A stretch of 64,000 nucleotides of DNA. Source: an uncultured Trueperaceae bacterium. Its GTDB lineage: Bacteria; Deinococcota; Deinococci; Deinococcales; Trueperaceae. The notes beneath the pieces were generated by a model that was given only the letters and a program-made list of their open reading frames with translations, was not told the origin of the DNA and did not search any database. Where the stretch lies: assembly GCA_963799485.1 (NCBI GenBank), contig CAWCXJ010000006.1, positions 288,001-352,000 on the forward strand, given 5' to 3'. The position numbers were made by a program, and so were the translations under genes. Below, piece by piece: positions 12,691-23,851 of the stretch (positions are counted from its first letter, which is position 1; every line of letters starts with the position of its first letter).

Positions 12691-13653
12691 ATGACTCGCC
12701 CGCTCGTCAGCGTCTGCATCTTGTCGCACAACCGCAAAGCCGACCTCGTTCATACCCTGCAGGTGCTGCAAAAAGACCCTTACGCGCGGCTCGAGCTGCT
12801 CGTCGCCGACAACGCCTCGCAAGACGGGACGCCGGAACTGCTCGCGTGTAAGTTTCCTGCGGTGCGCCTCTTCAAGCACCCGCAAAATATCGGTATCGAC
12901 GCGCTCAACACGGCGTTTAGGGCGGCGACGGGCAAGTACGTGCTGGTTTTAGACGACGATTCATGGCCCGAACCGGGCGCTATCGAACGGGCCGTCGCGC
13001 GTTTTGAAAAAAGACCCGAGCTGGGACTCGTAACCTGCGACATCCTCGAGCCCAAAACCCGTAAACGCTGGGATTTGGCCTATCTGCCGCTCTACCCCGG
13101 TGACGAACCGAGGCCGTGGTTTTGTTTTCTGGGGTGCGGGTTTCTCATCCGCACAGCGCTCTTGCAAGAGATCGGCGGCTATCCGGAAGGATTTTTTCTC
13201 TACGCCAACGAAGCCCCCGTCGCTGCCGAGGTTTTTTTGCACGGCTTTGATATCGAGTTCTTACCCCAGGCGCGGGTGTTTCACAAGATGCCGAGTCGCC
13301 AGTCGGGGTACAGCCAAGCGCACGTCTTTTACGGGCTCCGCAACGACCTGCAGACCGCGTGGCGTTATTTTCACGGCTGGCGTTACTACGACATCTTTTT
13401 GGGCCGCCTGGTCACAGGCTTCGTGCTTCTGGCAACGCTCGGACGCGGGCCGCTGAAGAGCTACTTTCAAGCACTTAAAGAAGCGCACCACTACCGCCGC
13501 GTTACCACGCGCCGCCCCCTGCCCGAAGCTGCGATGCGGCGCGCGGTCGGGGCGTTTCACGGTACGACGCTGTCGACACTCATAAGTTATCGGACGCTCC
13601 GGCGGGTACTCTGGTATGTGGGGTTTTACAAAGACGGGCGGGTCGTCTCTTAA
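12691..13653 (+). CDS. Family 2 glycosyltransferase
   Basis: VSVCILSHN, VADNASQDGT, LDDD (DxD), IGGYPEGFFLY. Confidence 0.93.
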   Translation: MTRPLVSVCILSHNRKADLVHTLQVLQKDPYARLELLVADNASQDGTPELLACKFPAVRLFKHPQNIGIDALNTAFRAATGKYVLVLDDDSWPEPGAIERAVARFEKRPELGLVTCDILEPKTRKRWDLAYLPLYPGDEPRPWFCFLGCGFLIRTALLQEIGGYPEGFFLYANEAPVAAEVFLHGFDIEFLPQARVFHKMPSRQSGYSQAHVFYGLRNDLQTAWRYFHGWRYYDIFLGRLVTGFVLLATLGRGPLKSYFQALKEAHHYRRVTTRRPLPEAAMRRAVGAFHGTTLSTLISYRTLRRVLWYVGFYKDGRVVS

Positions 13654-13705
13654 GTTAGGAATCAAAAAGCCGTGACCCTCCTGATGAGCTGAGCGTGGGC
13701 TCGAG

Positions 13706-14776
13706 CTAATCATGCCCATCCGCTTTTACGGCGGTCTCCGGGGCGGTTTCAGCCGCTGTATTTCCAGCGTCTAGGTTCTCAGCTTTTGCGTTGTCCGACG
13801 CTTGGGGTCCCAAACGCCTGGCGAGGGCTGCGCCGCCGAGGGGCGGCCCCAGCAAAAACGACGAGTAAAACGCGATCAGCCGCCAGGCGATAACGGCCGG
13901 CACGACCCTGGCGGGATTACCCGGACTGAGCACGAGCGGCAGCGAGAGTTCAAAAAAGCCGCTGCCGCCGGGCGTCGGCACGACGTGCGAGGCGGCAAAG
14001 ACCAGAAAGAGAACCGCCACGGTCGGGAGCGCGGGCAGGTTTAGCCCCAAGTCGGCGGCAACCACCAAAAAGATGGCAAACACGCTGACGTGGACACCGA
14101 CGGAAAGAAGCTGCAAGACGGCGTGTTGAAGGCGCGTCGCCCCGGAGAGCCGCGCGACGGTCGCGGTGAGTCCGCCCGTAAACCGCTCCGCACGGGTTTC
14201 AAAACGTCTGAGGGGCCGCCGGCTAAAGACCCGGTGTACCAGTGGGGGTAAGGCCGCGAGGTGAAAAACCAGCAGATACCAGAGCCCCAAAAAGAGGGCG
14301 CTGGCTAACAGCCCGCCGGCCAACAGCCAGCCACCCCCCGGTAAACGCCGACTCAAATAGAGCGTCAGCAGAGAAGCGGGCGCAAACCACGCGTAAAAAA
14401 GGAGGTCGATGACGCTCGTGTAGAGCGCGACCGACCAGGCGTGCGCTTGGGTTAAACCGTCGCGCCGGAGCATCAGCGCAATCGCCGGGGCGTTACCACT
14501 GCCGCTCGGGGTAACAGCGGCGCTAAACGCGCCCAAAATGTGACAGCGGATCGCGCTCGGCAGCCGCAGGGTATAGGTGAGCGTTCGGGCCAAAAGCCGG
14601 ATACGCAGACCGCCGCAGACAAACGACACCCCCAACAACAGGGTGCTCGAGAAGAGCGCAGCCCTCGAGAGGGTAAAAACAGCGCGCAGGTCGGCGGGTT
14701 TGCCGAACAAAAGCGCTGCGCCGAGGCCCAGAAGACCGAAGACAAGTGAGAGTAAAAGCGGTCTAGCGAACCGCAC
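13706..14776 (-). CDS. Lysylphosphatidylglycerol-synthase TM-domain (flippase-like, UPF0104) protein
   Basis: Polytopic membrane protein with VTPSGSG and VPTPGGSGFFE...IAWRL motifs. Confidence 0.85.
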   Translation of the reverse strand: MRFARPLLLSLVFGLLGLGAALLFGKPADLRAVFTLSRAALFSSTLLLGVSFVCGGLRIRLLARTLTYTLRLPSAIRCHILGAFSAAVTPSGSGNAPAIALMLRRDGLTQAHAWSVALYTSVIDLLFYAWFAPASLLTLYLSRRLPGGGWLLAGGLLASALFLGLWYLLVFHLAALPPLVHRVFSRRPLRRFETRAERFTGGLTATVARLSGATRLQHAVLQLLSVGVHVSVFAIFLVVAADLGLNLPALPTVAVLFLVFAASHVVPTPGGSGFFELSLPLVLSPGNPARVVPAVIAWRLIAFYSSFLLGPPLGGAALARRLGPQASDNAKAENLDAGNTAAETAPETAVKADGHD

Positions 14777-14796
14777 GGCGACGCCTCCCGGTTCGG

Positions 14797-15906
14797 CTAG
14801 ACATTTACCTGCACAGCTAGCGTCTCAAATACCTTTAGCGCCTGCGCGACAACCTGATCCATGTTGTAGTAGCGGTAGTTTGCCAACCGCCCGACAAAGG
14901 TAACGTCCCGGCGCGCCGCGGCCAACTGTTTGTATTCGGCGTAGAGCGCCGCATTTTCGGGGCGGGGGACAGGGTAATAGGGTTCACCCTCAGCCTGCGG
15001 CTCCTCGTAGACCAAGACGCTTTTGGGGTGACGCTGCCCGGTCAGGTGTTTGACCTCGGTCACCCGGGTATACGGGGTGTCGTTGGGAAAATTTACCGTG
15101 CCGACGCACTGTACCGTCTCTTGCTCAACCGTCTCGAGGTGAAACGCAAGCGAACGGTAGGGCAGTTTGCCCAGCCGATAGTCGAAAAACAGGTCGATAG
15201 GGCCGGTAAAAATCAGGTGTTTATAGGGGATCATGTCGGCGACTTCGCGGTAATCGGTCTGGAGCAGCAGCTTGATATTGGGGTGCGCCAGCATCCGGGC
15301 GAACATCGCCGTGTAGCCGCGTTTGGGCATCAGCTGGTAGGTGTCGGTAAAGTAGCGGTCGTCGCGGTTCGTCCGGGTCGGAATCCTGGCTGTGACCGAC
15401 GCGTCGAGGTCTTTCGGGTCCAGTCCCCACTGTTTCCGGGTGTAGCCACGAAAAAACTTCTCGTACAGCTCACGGCCTACCTTGGAAACCACCACGTCTT
15501 CAGCGGTGCGGATTTCGGCGACCGGTTCGGCGCGTTCGGCGAAAAAACGGGCCAACTCGAGACTGCTCAGGTTCAAACCGTAAAGCTGATTGACCGTATC
15601 TAAATTGATCGGTAGCGGTACGAGCTGCCCATCGACACAGGCCCGGACACGGTGTTCGTAAGGCCGCCACGCCGTAAAACGCGACAGGTACTCGAAGACC
15701 CTGCGTGAATTGGTGTGAAAGATGTGTGGCCCGTAACGGTGCACGAGAATCCCGTCGGCGTCGAAATAGTCGAAGGCGTTGCCGCCGATGTGCGCGCGTT
15801 TCTCGACGACCAAGACGCGGGCGTTACGCACGCTTGCGAGGCGTTCGGCGAGGACGCTGCCCGCAAAGCCGGCTCCCACGATAAGGTAGTCGAAGCCTTT
15901 GGTCAC
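14797..15906 (-). CDS. glf: UDP-galactopyranose mutase
   Basis: IVGAGFAG, HIGGNAFD, YGPHIFHTN, EPYYP, GRLANYRYYNMDQV. Confidence 0.97.
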   Translation of the reverse strand: MTKGFDYLIVGAGFAGSVLAERLASVRNARVLVVEKRAHIGGNAFDYFDADGILVHRYGPHIFHTNSRRVFEYLSRFTAWRPYEHRVRACVDGQLVPLPINLDTVNQLYGLNLSSLELARFFAERAEPVAEIRTAEDVVVSKVGRELYEKFFRGYTRKQWGLDPKDLDASVTARIPTRTNRDDRYFTDTYQLMPKRGYTAMFARMLAHPNIKLLLQTDYREVADMIPYKHLIFTGPIDLFFDYRLGKLPYRSLAFHLETVEQETVQCVGTVNFPNDTPYTRVTEVKHLTGQRHPKSVLVYEEPQAEGEPYYPVPRPENAALYAEYKQLAAARRDVTFVGRLANYRYYNMDQVVAQALKVFETLAVQVNV

Positions 15907-15993
15907 AGCGTCCGAGTATAACGCATGGCGTACAAGCCGACCTGTAAAGGTCGGCAAACTTGTAGCAGCCCGTATTTTTCCCCTGTACTGCCG

Positions 15994-17424
15994 TTACAAC
16001 ACGAGCTTCGCGCCCGGTTCGATAGCTTCGGGCAATTCGGCACCTGCCAGGTCTTCAGCCGAGAGTGCGGTCAGCGGGCTGATCTCGAGCACCGCGTCCA
16101 CCTCCCCGTTTTTGTAAGGGATTTTGACGCCGTGAGCTTCCAGCCAGCGCGCCGCCCGCAAGGTTTGGAGCTTTTTGCTGCTTTCGGGCGAATCGTTACC
16201 CGAAGCGTTTTTGATCGGCGCAAATTCCTCTACCCGGTCGGTCTCCAAGATGATGCTGCGCTCAGCTAACGGCAAGGCGTCGAAGATAAAGCGCTCGAGC
16301 TTGACGGCGTTCGGTTTTTCCGGCGTAATCCGTTCGCCGGTTTCCGGGTCGATATACGTCACCGCTTTTTCAGCACGGTGAAAGGGCAGCTCGAGCCTGT
16401 CCCCCTTACCCCTGGTCAGCCGCTGCGCGAACGACACCGAAATCACGTGAATAGCAATCGACCCCGCCCCAAACTCGAGTGCACCGTGTTCGTCTCCTAG
16501 TTCAGCGAGTGCGTCGGGCATATCCGAGTACTCGATAACGCAGGGTTTGCCGCCCGCCACACAAAAAACCCCGACTTTTTCCTTCGGATCGACCTTGCGG
16601 AGCATCTTCGACGACATCTCTGCACCGACTTGTGCGTGCAACCCGATAAAAAGCGGGTCGATGCAGCGCACGTTCGGGTTATCGACCTGAAAGTACGACA
16701 CTTGCGTCACGCCGCGCCGCACCATATCGTTTAGTGCGCCGTTTTTGGCGAGCGCACCGAGGCTGCCGCCGTGACCGTCCGGGTTCATCGCCAGGGCGTG
16801 CTTTTCTGCCAAGAGTAGCGCTCCGGTAGGGCTAAAGCTCGGCATCATCCCTTGCGGAAACAGCTTGACGTTTTCCCGGTCCAGCCCGAAGTAACCCTGC
16901 GCTTCGAAAAAGTCCTGCGTTACGGCGTGGTTCATCTCGCTCGTCATGATGTACCAAGGCACCGCCGCGTCGTAAAGTTCTTCAGTTTTGCGGAGCTGTT
17001 CGGCAAAGAGCTGAAACAAGGATTTGCGGGCGACAGGCGTCGCCGGAAAGGTGCCCTTGGGGTCGTCCCAGCCGAGGCGCGTCCCTTGCCCACCGGCCAC
17101 TGTAAAGGCGGCGACTTGTCCGGTGCGGATGAGCGTTTCACCAAGCGCGTGGGCGCGGCGGTATTCCTCCGGGTCGGCAGCCGCGGCCGGATAGTAAGGC
17201 GCAGGCTCGATAGGCTCAGGAGCGCTCATGTCGGGTTTTTGCCGGACGTGCGTCTCGATAAGTTCGGCAAGATACTCCCAGTTCAGCGCCGTAAGCTGTC
17301 CGATAAGCGCGGTTTTTTGCGGCGGCGTAAGCTCGGGATAAAAGCTCAGCAAGTGCTCCTGCTTTTGCGTCTGCAGGAGTTGCCGAACCTCTTCAAGCCG
17401 ACTTATCTCGGTTGTTTCACCCAT
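15994..17424 (-). CDS. UDPGP type 1 family (eukaryote-like UDP-GlcNAc/GalNAc) pyrophosphorylase
   Basis: AGGQGTRLG, PDGHGG, QVDN, IEYSD, KLERFIFD, EFAPIKNA. Confidence 0.92.
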   Translation of the reverse strand: MGETTEISRLEEVRQLLQTQKQEHLLSFYPELTPPQKTALIGQLTALNWEYLAELIETHVRQKPDMSAPEPIEPAPYYPAAAADPEEYRRAHALGETLIRTGQVAAFTVAGGQGTRLGWDDPKGTFPATPVARKSLFQLFAEQLRKTEELYDAAVPWYIMTSEMNHAVTQDFFEAQGYFGLDRENVKLFPQGMMPSFSPTGALLLAEKHALAMNPDGHGGSLGALAKNGALNDMVRRGVTQVSYFQVDNPNVRCIDPLFIGLHAQVGAEMSSKMLRKVDPKEKVGVFCVAGGKPCVIEYSDMPDALAELGDEHGALEFGAGSIAIHVISVSFAQRLTRGKGDRLELPFHRAEKAVTYIDPETGERITPEKPNAVKLERFIFDALPLAERSIILETDRVEEFAPIKNASGNDSPESSKKLQTLRAARWLEAHGVKIPYKNGEVDAVLEISPLTALSAEDLAGAELPEAIEPGAKLVL

Positions 17425-17619
17425 CCCGTCCCCTCGGTTTAGCGTAGTCGCCTCTTCGAGGCGTATCCAGCTAGTTTAACGTAGCACCCCGATTAGATGT
17501 GTGCGTATAGCCAACGGCGCTTCTGCAACGCTCTTTTTGGCACATCAGTGACGTTCTTTTTTCTTTTTTAAGTCGCGCTTATGCCAATTATGCGCGCTAG
17601 ACGGCGCTACAATACCTTT

Positions 17620-18762
17620 ATGACCGCTTCATCGCCCGCCGCTGTTCGTGTACAAGACGCTGCGCTCTTGCCCCTTGCCCAAAAAGTTCTGGGCGGCGAA
17701 CGGCTCACTTTTGCCGAAGGGATGACCCTTTTTCATACGCCCGACCTGCCTACGGTCGCCCGCTTAGCCGACACCGTGCGGCGGCGTCTGGTCGGCGACA
17801 AAGCTTACTTCGTCCACTCGCTCCGGCTTTCGCAAACCAATATCTGCTACGTCGGCTGCACCTTTTGCGGGTTTCAGCGCAAAATTGGCGAAGAAGGTGT
17901 TTGGGATATGGAATTAGCAGATGTCTGGGCGTATCTGGACAAGCACCATCACCCCGACCTGACCGAAGTTCACATCTCGTCGGGGCATCATCCGAGGCGC
18001 AAATTTGACTACTACTTAGACTTGGTGCGCGGCCTAACTGAGCGCGGCTATCAGGTCAAGGCGTGGACGGCAGCCGAAATCCACCACTTCAGCAAAATCA
18101 CCCGGCCCCGGCTGAGCTACCGCGAGGTTTTAAGCGAGCTTAAAGCTGCCGGGCTCGTTGCGCTACCCGGCGGCGGCGCGGAAATATTTGCCGAACACGT
18201 CAGGACGCGTATTGCCCGCGCGAAAGTTACGGCGGAAGGCTGGCTGGACGTTCACCGCACCGCCCACGAACTCGGGCTGCCGACGAACGCCACGATGCTT
18301 TACGGGCACGTCGAAACGCTCGAGGACCGTATGGATCACATGCTCCGGTTACGCGAATTACAGGACGAAACCGGCGGCTTCAGGTCGTTTATCCCGCTTG
18401 CTTTTCAACCCGACAACAACGCGTTGGCCCGTGAGCTTAACAAGAGCGAGTTTACGACCGGCCTCGACGATTTGCGTAACCTGGCGGTCGCCCGCATCAT
18501 GCTCGACAACGTGCCGCATATAAAGGGCTACTGGATTATGATCACGCCCGAACTGACGCAGGTGACGCTCTCGGCGGGTGTCTCAGACATTGACGGGACC
18601 ATCAAAGATGAGCGTATCGCGCACGCCTCGGGAGCCTCGACCAACAAGGGGATGACCGAAACGCAGCTCGTGCAGCTCATTCAGGACGCGGGTCGGATTC
18701 CGGTACGCCGCGACGCGCTTTACAAAGAACTCAAAGTCTACGAACCGCTCGTTCCTGCCTGA
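17620..18762 (+). CDS. mqnE: Aminofutalosine synthase (radical SAM)
   Basis: TNICYVGCTFCGF, PGGGAEIF, NATMLYGH, FIPLAFQP, HIKGYW. Confidence 0.92.
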   Translation: MTASSPAAVRVQDAALLPLAQKVLGGERLTFAEGMTLFHTPDLPTVARLADTVRRRLVGDKAYFVHSLRLSQTNICYVGCTFCGFQRKIGEEGVWDMELADVWAYLDKHHHPDLTEVHISSGHHPRRKFDYYLDLVRGLTERGYQVKAWTAAEIHHFSKITRPRLSYREVLSELKAAGLVALPGGGAEIFAEHVRTRIARAKVTAEGWLDVHRTAHELGLPTNATMLYGHVETLEDRMDHMLRLRELQDETGGFRSFIPLAFQPDNNALARELNKSEFTTGLDDLRNLAVARIMLDNVPHIKGYWIMITPELTQVTLSAGVSDIDGTIKDERIAHASGASTNKGMTETQLVQLIQDAGRIPVRRDALYKELKVYEPLVPA

Positions 18763-19145
18763 TGAACCTCGAGCTGCGCCCCGAAACCTTCGCTGTATGC
18801 CGTTTGCCTGCGGACGCTGACCTCCCTGCTTGGCTTGGTGGCGCATTTCAAAACGTCACTCGCACGCCTGAAGAACTCTCCGTCGTCTGCGAAGCACGGC
18901 GCGTGCCAGAGACGCTTCAGGCAGAGCGAGACTGGCGCTGCTTGCGAGTATCGGGAACGCTGGCATTTCATCTTACAGGTATCTTAGCCGCGCTTGCCGC
19001 GCCACTGGCTGACGCGGAGATAAGTATTTTTGCGCTTTCAACGTTCGATACAGATTATCTGCTTGTTAAAAGTGATTTGCTAGACGATGCCATCCGAGTT
19101 CTTGAGACTGAAGGTCATCAGGTCGAGCAAGGTATAGAAAAGTGA
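18762..19145 (+). CDS. ACT-domain protein (CASTOR/DUF2241-like)
   Basis: TRTPEELSVVC, LTGILA, ISIFALSTFDTDYLLVK. Confidence 0.88.
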   Translation: MNLELRPETFAVCRLPADADLPAWLGGAFQNVTRTPEELSVVCEARRVPETLQAERDWRCLRVSGTLAFHLTGILAALAAPLADAEISIFALSTFDTDYLLVKSDLLDDAIRVLETEGHQVEQGIEK

Positions 19146-19990
19146 ACACCTTCAAACCGGTATCAGCAATGCCTGTACAAGCGCAAGAACTCGAGCGCCT
19201 CGGCATCGTCTCGTACACCAACGTTGCGCCGCTACACTGGGGGCTTACGCCCTGGCCCGGTACGTCGTTCGTGCGGGGTGTCCCAACCGAGCTAAACCGG
19301 CAGCTGCTAGATGGTGAGATTGACTTGACCTTGGTCTCGAGTATCGAGTTTTTACGCCACCGCGACGTGCTGCGGGCCTTGCCGGATTTTTCTATCGCCA
19401 CGCTCGGCCCGGTCTACAGCGTCATGCTCTTTCACTGGGAACCGTGGGAGAACCTTACAGGCAAAAAAGTTGCGTTGACGACCGATTCGGCGACGAGCGT
19501 GCAACTGCTTGAAGTGTTATTGCGTGAAACCGGCATCGACGCCGAGTTCGTCCCTAGGCCCCCTGATTTGGACACGATGCTTGCGGCTTGCGACGCCGCG
19601 CTCCTCATCGGGGACGCCGCGCTTCACGAGGCGGTTGCCAAACGCCCCGTAAACGGCCAAAAACCCCTTATTACCGACCTCGGCAAAGCGTGGTACGACC
19701 TCACCAAGCTGCCCTTTACCTTTGCAGTGTGGGCGTCACGTAAAGACCGGCCGCCGTCGGAACTTTTGGTTGCCAAACTGCGCGCGGCGCGTGAACACGG
19801 CCTTGGCGAACTGGCGGCTGTGTCACGGCCTGAAGCGGCGAAACTGGGGGTTTCGGAGAGCGTAGTGCAGCGTTATCTGGGGAACTTTCGCTATTACCTC
19901 GAGCCTCCCGACCGCGACGGGCTGCTGGCCTTTGCCGAACAGAGTATCCCGGACTTCAGGCCGGACGAACTGAGTTTCTGGCATCTCTAG
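19142..19990 (+). CDS. mqnA: Chorismate dehydratase (futalosine pathway)
   Basis: VSYTNVAPL, GPVYSV, SATSV, LLIGDAAL, LPFTFAVW. Confidence 0.92.
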   Translation: MNTFKPVSAMPVQAQELERLGIVSYTNVAPLHWGLTPWPGTSFVRGVPTELNRQLLDGEIDLTLVSSIEFLRHRDVLRALPDFSIATLGPVYSVMLFHWEPWENLTGKKVALTTDSATSVQLLEVLLRETGIDAEFVPRPPDLDTMLAACDAALLIGDAALHEAVAKRPVNGQKPLITDLGKAWYDLTKLPFTFAVWASRKDRPPSELLVAKLRAAREHGLGELAAVSRPEAAKLGVSESVVQRYLGNFRYYLEPPDRDGLLAFAEQSIPDFRPDELSFWHL

Positions 19991-20012
19991 CGCGCCCTGC
20001 TAAGCTGAATGT

Positions 20013-21253
20013 GTGACCGCGTTACCCGACGTTAGACTTGCCCGCAAACTCACCTGGGTGTTATTCACCGCCCAAGCTTTCGGTTCGGCTGGCTTTATCG
20101 CCGCGGCTACGATTGCCTCAGTTGCCGGGGCTGCCCTGAGCGGACGCGAAGCGTGGGCCGGAGTCCCGTCGGCGGCGTTTTTGCTCGGGTCGGCTTTGGC
20201 AGCGTACCTGTGGGGCGTGGTGATGGACGCGTTCGGGCGACGCACGGGTTTGGTGCTGGGACTCTGGACGGGTGTGTTCGGCGCACTCGTTGCGGCGTGG
20301 GCCATCGTGCAGGGGTCGTTCGGCCTGTTGCTCGCGGGGTTGCCGCTCATGGGCAGCGCGCAGGCGGCGCTGCAACTCGGGCGCTTTGCCGCTGCTGAAG
20401 TCAGTCCGGTCGCGCTGCGCGGTCGCGCCATCTCGAACGTCGTTTTGGGTGGAACGGTCGGGGCGATCATGGGGCCGCTCTTGGTCGGGCCGATGGGCGG
20501 GTGGAGCCTGAAGCTGGGCTTACCTGAACTGACCGGCGCTTACGCGGCGAGCGCCGGGATGTTCGTGTTGGCGCTGCTCGTGGTCTTTGTGCTGTTACGG
20601 CCCGACCCGCGCGATGTTGGGCGGCTTGCTTTAGGTGCAACTGAGGCGGTGAATATCAGACCGGCGAGGCCGCTGGGTGTAATTTTACGGCAACCCGCCG
20701 TTGTCGCGGCAGTCTCGGCGATGGTCTTCGGGCAGGTCGTGATGGTCATGCTGATGGTGATCACCGCGCTGCACATGTCGCGTTACGGGCACCCACTGAC
20801 GAGCATTGCGGCAGTCATTTCGTCGCACACGCTCGGAATGTACGCGTTTTCGGTCTTGTCGGGCAGGCTTACCGACCGCTGGGGCCGTGCGCCGGTCATT
20901 CTTTCAGGGGCCGGGACGCTGGTTTTGGCCTGTCTGCTCGCGCCGCTTTCGCCGCAGGTGTTGCCGCTGGCGGTGTCACTTTTTTTGCTCGGCTTGGGCT
21001 GGAACTTCTGCTTCGTGGGGGGCTCAGCCTCTTGTCGGATAACCTCTCCCCGGCGGAACGTTCGCGCACACAGGGCGTCAACGACCTGCTTTTGGGGCTC
21101 GCTTCAGCCACCGGTAGCCTCGGCAGCGGCTTCGTTTTTGCCGGCGTCGGCTACGCGGCGATGGGCTTTGTGGGCGCAGCCGTGGCCCTTCTGCCCCTGG
21201 CGCTGACGCTCTGGTGGTGGCACGGCTCCCGTCCCCGGATGGCAGAAGCTTGA
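20013..21253 (+). CDS. MFS transporter with a single frameshift near 21030
   Basis: MFS motifs MDAFGRR and TDRWGR; after LGWNFCFVGGSA the C-terminus (LSDNLSPAERSRTQGVND) continues in another frame. Confidence 0.85.
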
Positions 21254-21939
21254 CAACACTTACGGGCCTCGAGTCCTTCCTCTCGGATTTTCTCCTGGCA
21301 GCTCAATTCGGTAACGACCAAAACGGCATCTACCGGGCGTCTGAGCGACCCGTTAAACGCTTAGGTGTGGCGCTCGAGCCCACGCCCGACATCCCCGACT
21401 GGATAGTACGAGAAAATCTGGACGCGCTCTTTTTGCACCGCCCCTGGAAGCTGGGCCGGATTCCCGAAGATATCGGTGTACTGGCGTACCACTACGCCTT
21501 CGACGAGCGTTTGACGACGGGTTTCAATCCGCTTTTGGCCGCCGCGCTCGGTTTGGCGCAGCTCGAGGTCTTGGGCGACAAAGACGGCAGGCCGCTGGGG
21601 ATGATCGGCGACGTGCCCGGCGCAGCTTTTACGGCGTTTCAGGCTCGGGTTGAGGCCGAGTTCGGGGGGCTCGAGGCCGTTTACGGCGCAAGTGCAGGTG
21701 ACGTGACGCGGGCGTGTGTGGTCGGGGCGATGCGTCCTGGGCTCGTGTATGAGGCTGCCGAACGGGGCGCGCAGGTCTATCTGACGGGTCAGTACCGCAC
21801 AGGTGCGGCAAAAGCTGTTGCTGAAACCGGGGTGAGTGTGCTCGCGCTCGGTCACGAACGCAGTGAAGTTTGGGGGCTTGGAAAACTGGCAGGGGTTTTA
21901 AGGGCAGAATTCGGGCTCGAGGTCATCTTGTACACCTGA
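21250..21939 (+). CDS. Nif3-like dinuclear metal protein
   Basis: VKRLGVALE, LFLHRP, YHYAFDE, YLTGQ, LGHERSE. Confidence 0.8.
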   Translation: MTTLTGLESFLSDFLLAAQFGNDQNGIYRASERPVKRLGVALEPTPDIPDWIVRENLDALFLHRPWKLGRIPEDIGVLAYHYAFDERLTTGFNPLLAAALGLAQLEVLGDKDGRPLGMIGDVPGAAFTAFQARVEAEFGGLEAVYGASAGDVTRACVVGAMRPGLVYEAAERGAQVYLTGQYRTGAAKAVAETGVSVLALGHERSEVWGLGKLAGVLRAEFGLEVILYT

Positions 21940-21970
21940 ACGCAGTTTGCTGTGTGTTTGTACCCTCAGC

Positions 21971-23851
21971 TCAAACCATTTCAAACAGTGGCAGCTGCTT
22001 CATTCCCGGTACCGTCACCAACCCCTTGTCGGTAATCCGGATTTCCGGGATGACCGAGAGCGGAATCAGGTTAAAACCCATGTAAGGCAGGGTGCAGCCG
22101 AGTTCGGCCCAGGCTTTTTTGAGTTCGGCGGTCGCCTCGGCAACTTCGGGAGCGCGTCCGTCGGCTAAAAGTCCGGCAATCGGCAGCGGCACCGACGCCA
22201 ACACTTTCCCCGCACGCACGACGGCGACCCCGCCCCGGCTTTTACGGATGGTTTCGACTGCCAGCCGCATGTCCGCTTCACTTTTCCCCGCGACGATGAG
22301 GTTGTGCGCGTCGTGTCCGACGCTGCTCGCCACGGCGCCAGCGGTCAAGCCGAAGTCTTTGAGGAGTCCGTGGGCAACCTCGCCCGATTTACCGTGACGC
22401 TCCAGAATGCTGACGAAACAGAGGTTTGCGGCTTCAAAGTGAGCTTGCCAGCTTTCGCGCACGGGCAGGTCAACTTGTTCGTGAAACAAGGTGATGCCGG
22501 GGAGCGCGGCGCGGATGACGTTGGCGGTGCAAGGCTCTGTCGGCAGGTCGGGAATGAGCGTATACCTTTCGGGCAAGTGAACTGTTTCAAACGCGGCTTT
22601 CGGGTAGGTGTAGCGTTTAGACAACGCCTCATCGAGTTTTGGGGTGATTTTTTTGTCCTTGACGACCAGCTCGCCGCCGTACCAGGTGGACTGTGGCTCG
22701 AGCCCATCGTTCAGCAAGACAATATCCGCCCGCCGCCCGTGACCGAGTCCGCCCAAGTCGCCGTCCAGCCCGTAACGCGTCGCCGCGTGCAGCGAGCCCA
22801 TGCTCCACGCCAGCGCCGGTTTGAGCCCTGCTTTTACGGCCTCCCTCGCTACCCAGTCGAGGCCGAACATAAATAAATCATCGGCGTCGCGGTCGTCGGT
22901 GCAGAGGCAAACTCTTTTAGCACACGAATCGAGTTCCGTTACGGCTTTAACCGCTTCGGGCAGGCTGTGCCACGGCGTTGTGGGGGGGCCGCCCCGGAGG
23001 AAAATCCAGAGTCCGGCCTCGAGCAGTTCAACGGCAATCTCCCGGTCTATCGCCTCGTGCGTATCGGTCACGCCGCTCGCGGCGTACGCCGCCACGAACT
23101 CGCGCCCGTACACGTGCCCGGAAACGGGTTTACCGCGTTCCAAAGCTGCCCGGATAATCGCGTGACTGCGCGGGTCGCCCTGCGCGACCTGCACAAAATC
23201 CATCTTCTCGCCGAGCGCCGCCGCTTCGGGCCAGGCGTCGAACAGTGCGCCGATTTTCTCCGCCGTAAGGTCGCCGCCCGCCGTTTCAAAGGTCGGTGAC
23301 GTTGCCGGAACCGTACTCGGTACCGTCAAAAAGACGTTGAGCGCAGCTTGGCGGGCGTCTTCGAGCATCCACTCGATACCTCCGGCGTCGCAGACGTTGC
23401 CGATTTCGTGCGAGTCGCAAAAGATGGTCGTGGTGCCGTTGAGTAAGGCGGCTTCGGCGTAAGCACACGCCGTCATCATGCTCGATTCGATGTGGATGTG
23501 CGGGTCAACCAAACCGGGCGCAAGGATGCCAGCTTGCACGTCGTAAGTCGGCGCGTTTACGGCGGCTCCAGCGGGTTTTACGGCGGCGATACGGCCCCCG
23601 GAGAGCCACACTTCGCGGCCCTCTAAAATACGCTCGGTGTAGGCCGACAAGATGCGGGCGTTCGTCAGAACCAAATCGGGAGCTTGTCGCCCGGACGCAA
23701 CCGAGGCCAACTGAGCGGTCATCTCCGCGAGCGGTTTGACCGAAAAGCGGTTCAAGGCAACCTCCGGCGTGTCGGGCCGGGCGTCAAGACCGTAAACTGA
23801 AGTTGAGTCACGCGTAAACCTCCCGGTGCAGCGCAGCAGTTCGGCGCGCAC
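21971..23851 (-). CDS. ade: Adenine deaminase
   Basis: [50 protein letters not shown]. Confidence 0.92.
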   Translation of the reverse strand: MRAELLRCTGRFTRDSTSVYGLDARPDTPEVALNRFSVKPLAEMTAQLASVASGRQAPDLVLTNARILSAYTERILEGREVWLSGGRIAAVKPAGAAVNAPTYDVQAGILAPGLVDPHIHIESSMMTACAYAEAALLNGTTTIFCDSHEIGNVCDAGGIEWMLEDARQAALNVFLTVPSTVPATSPTFETAGGDLTAEKIGALFDAWPEAAALGEKMDFVQVAQGDPRSHAIIRAALERGKPVSGHVYGREFVAAYAASGVTDTHEAIDREIAVELLEAGLWIFLRGGPPTTPWHSLPEAVKAVTELDSCAKRVCLCTDDRDADDLFMFGLDWVAREAVKAGLKPALAWSMGSLHAATRYGLDGDLGGLGHGRRADIVLLNDGLEPQSTWYGGELVVKDKKITPKLDEALSKRYTYPKAAFETVHLPERYTLIPDLPTEPCTANVIRAALPGITLFHEQVDLPVRESWQAHFEAANLCFVSILERHGKSGEVAHGLLKDFGLTAGAVASSVGHDAHNLIVAGKSEADMRLAVETIRKSRGGVAVVRAGKVLASVPLPIAGLLADGRAPEVAEATAELKKAWAELGCTLPYMGFNLIPLSVIPEIRITDKGLVTVPGMKQLPLFEMV

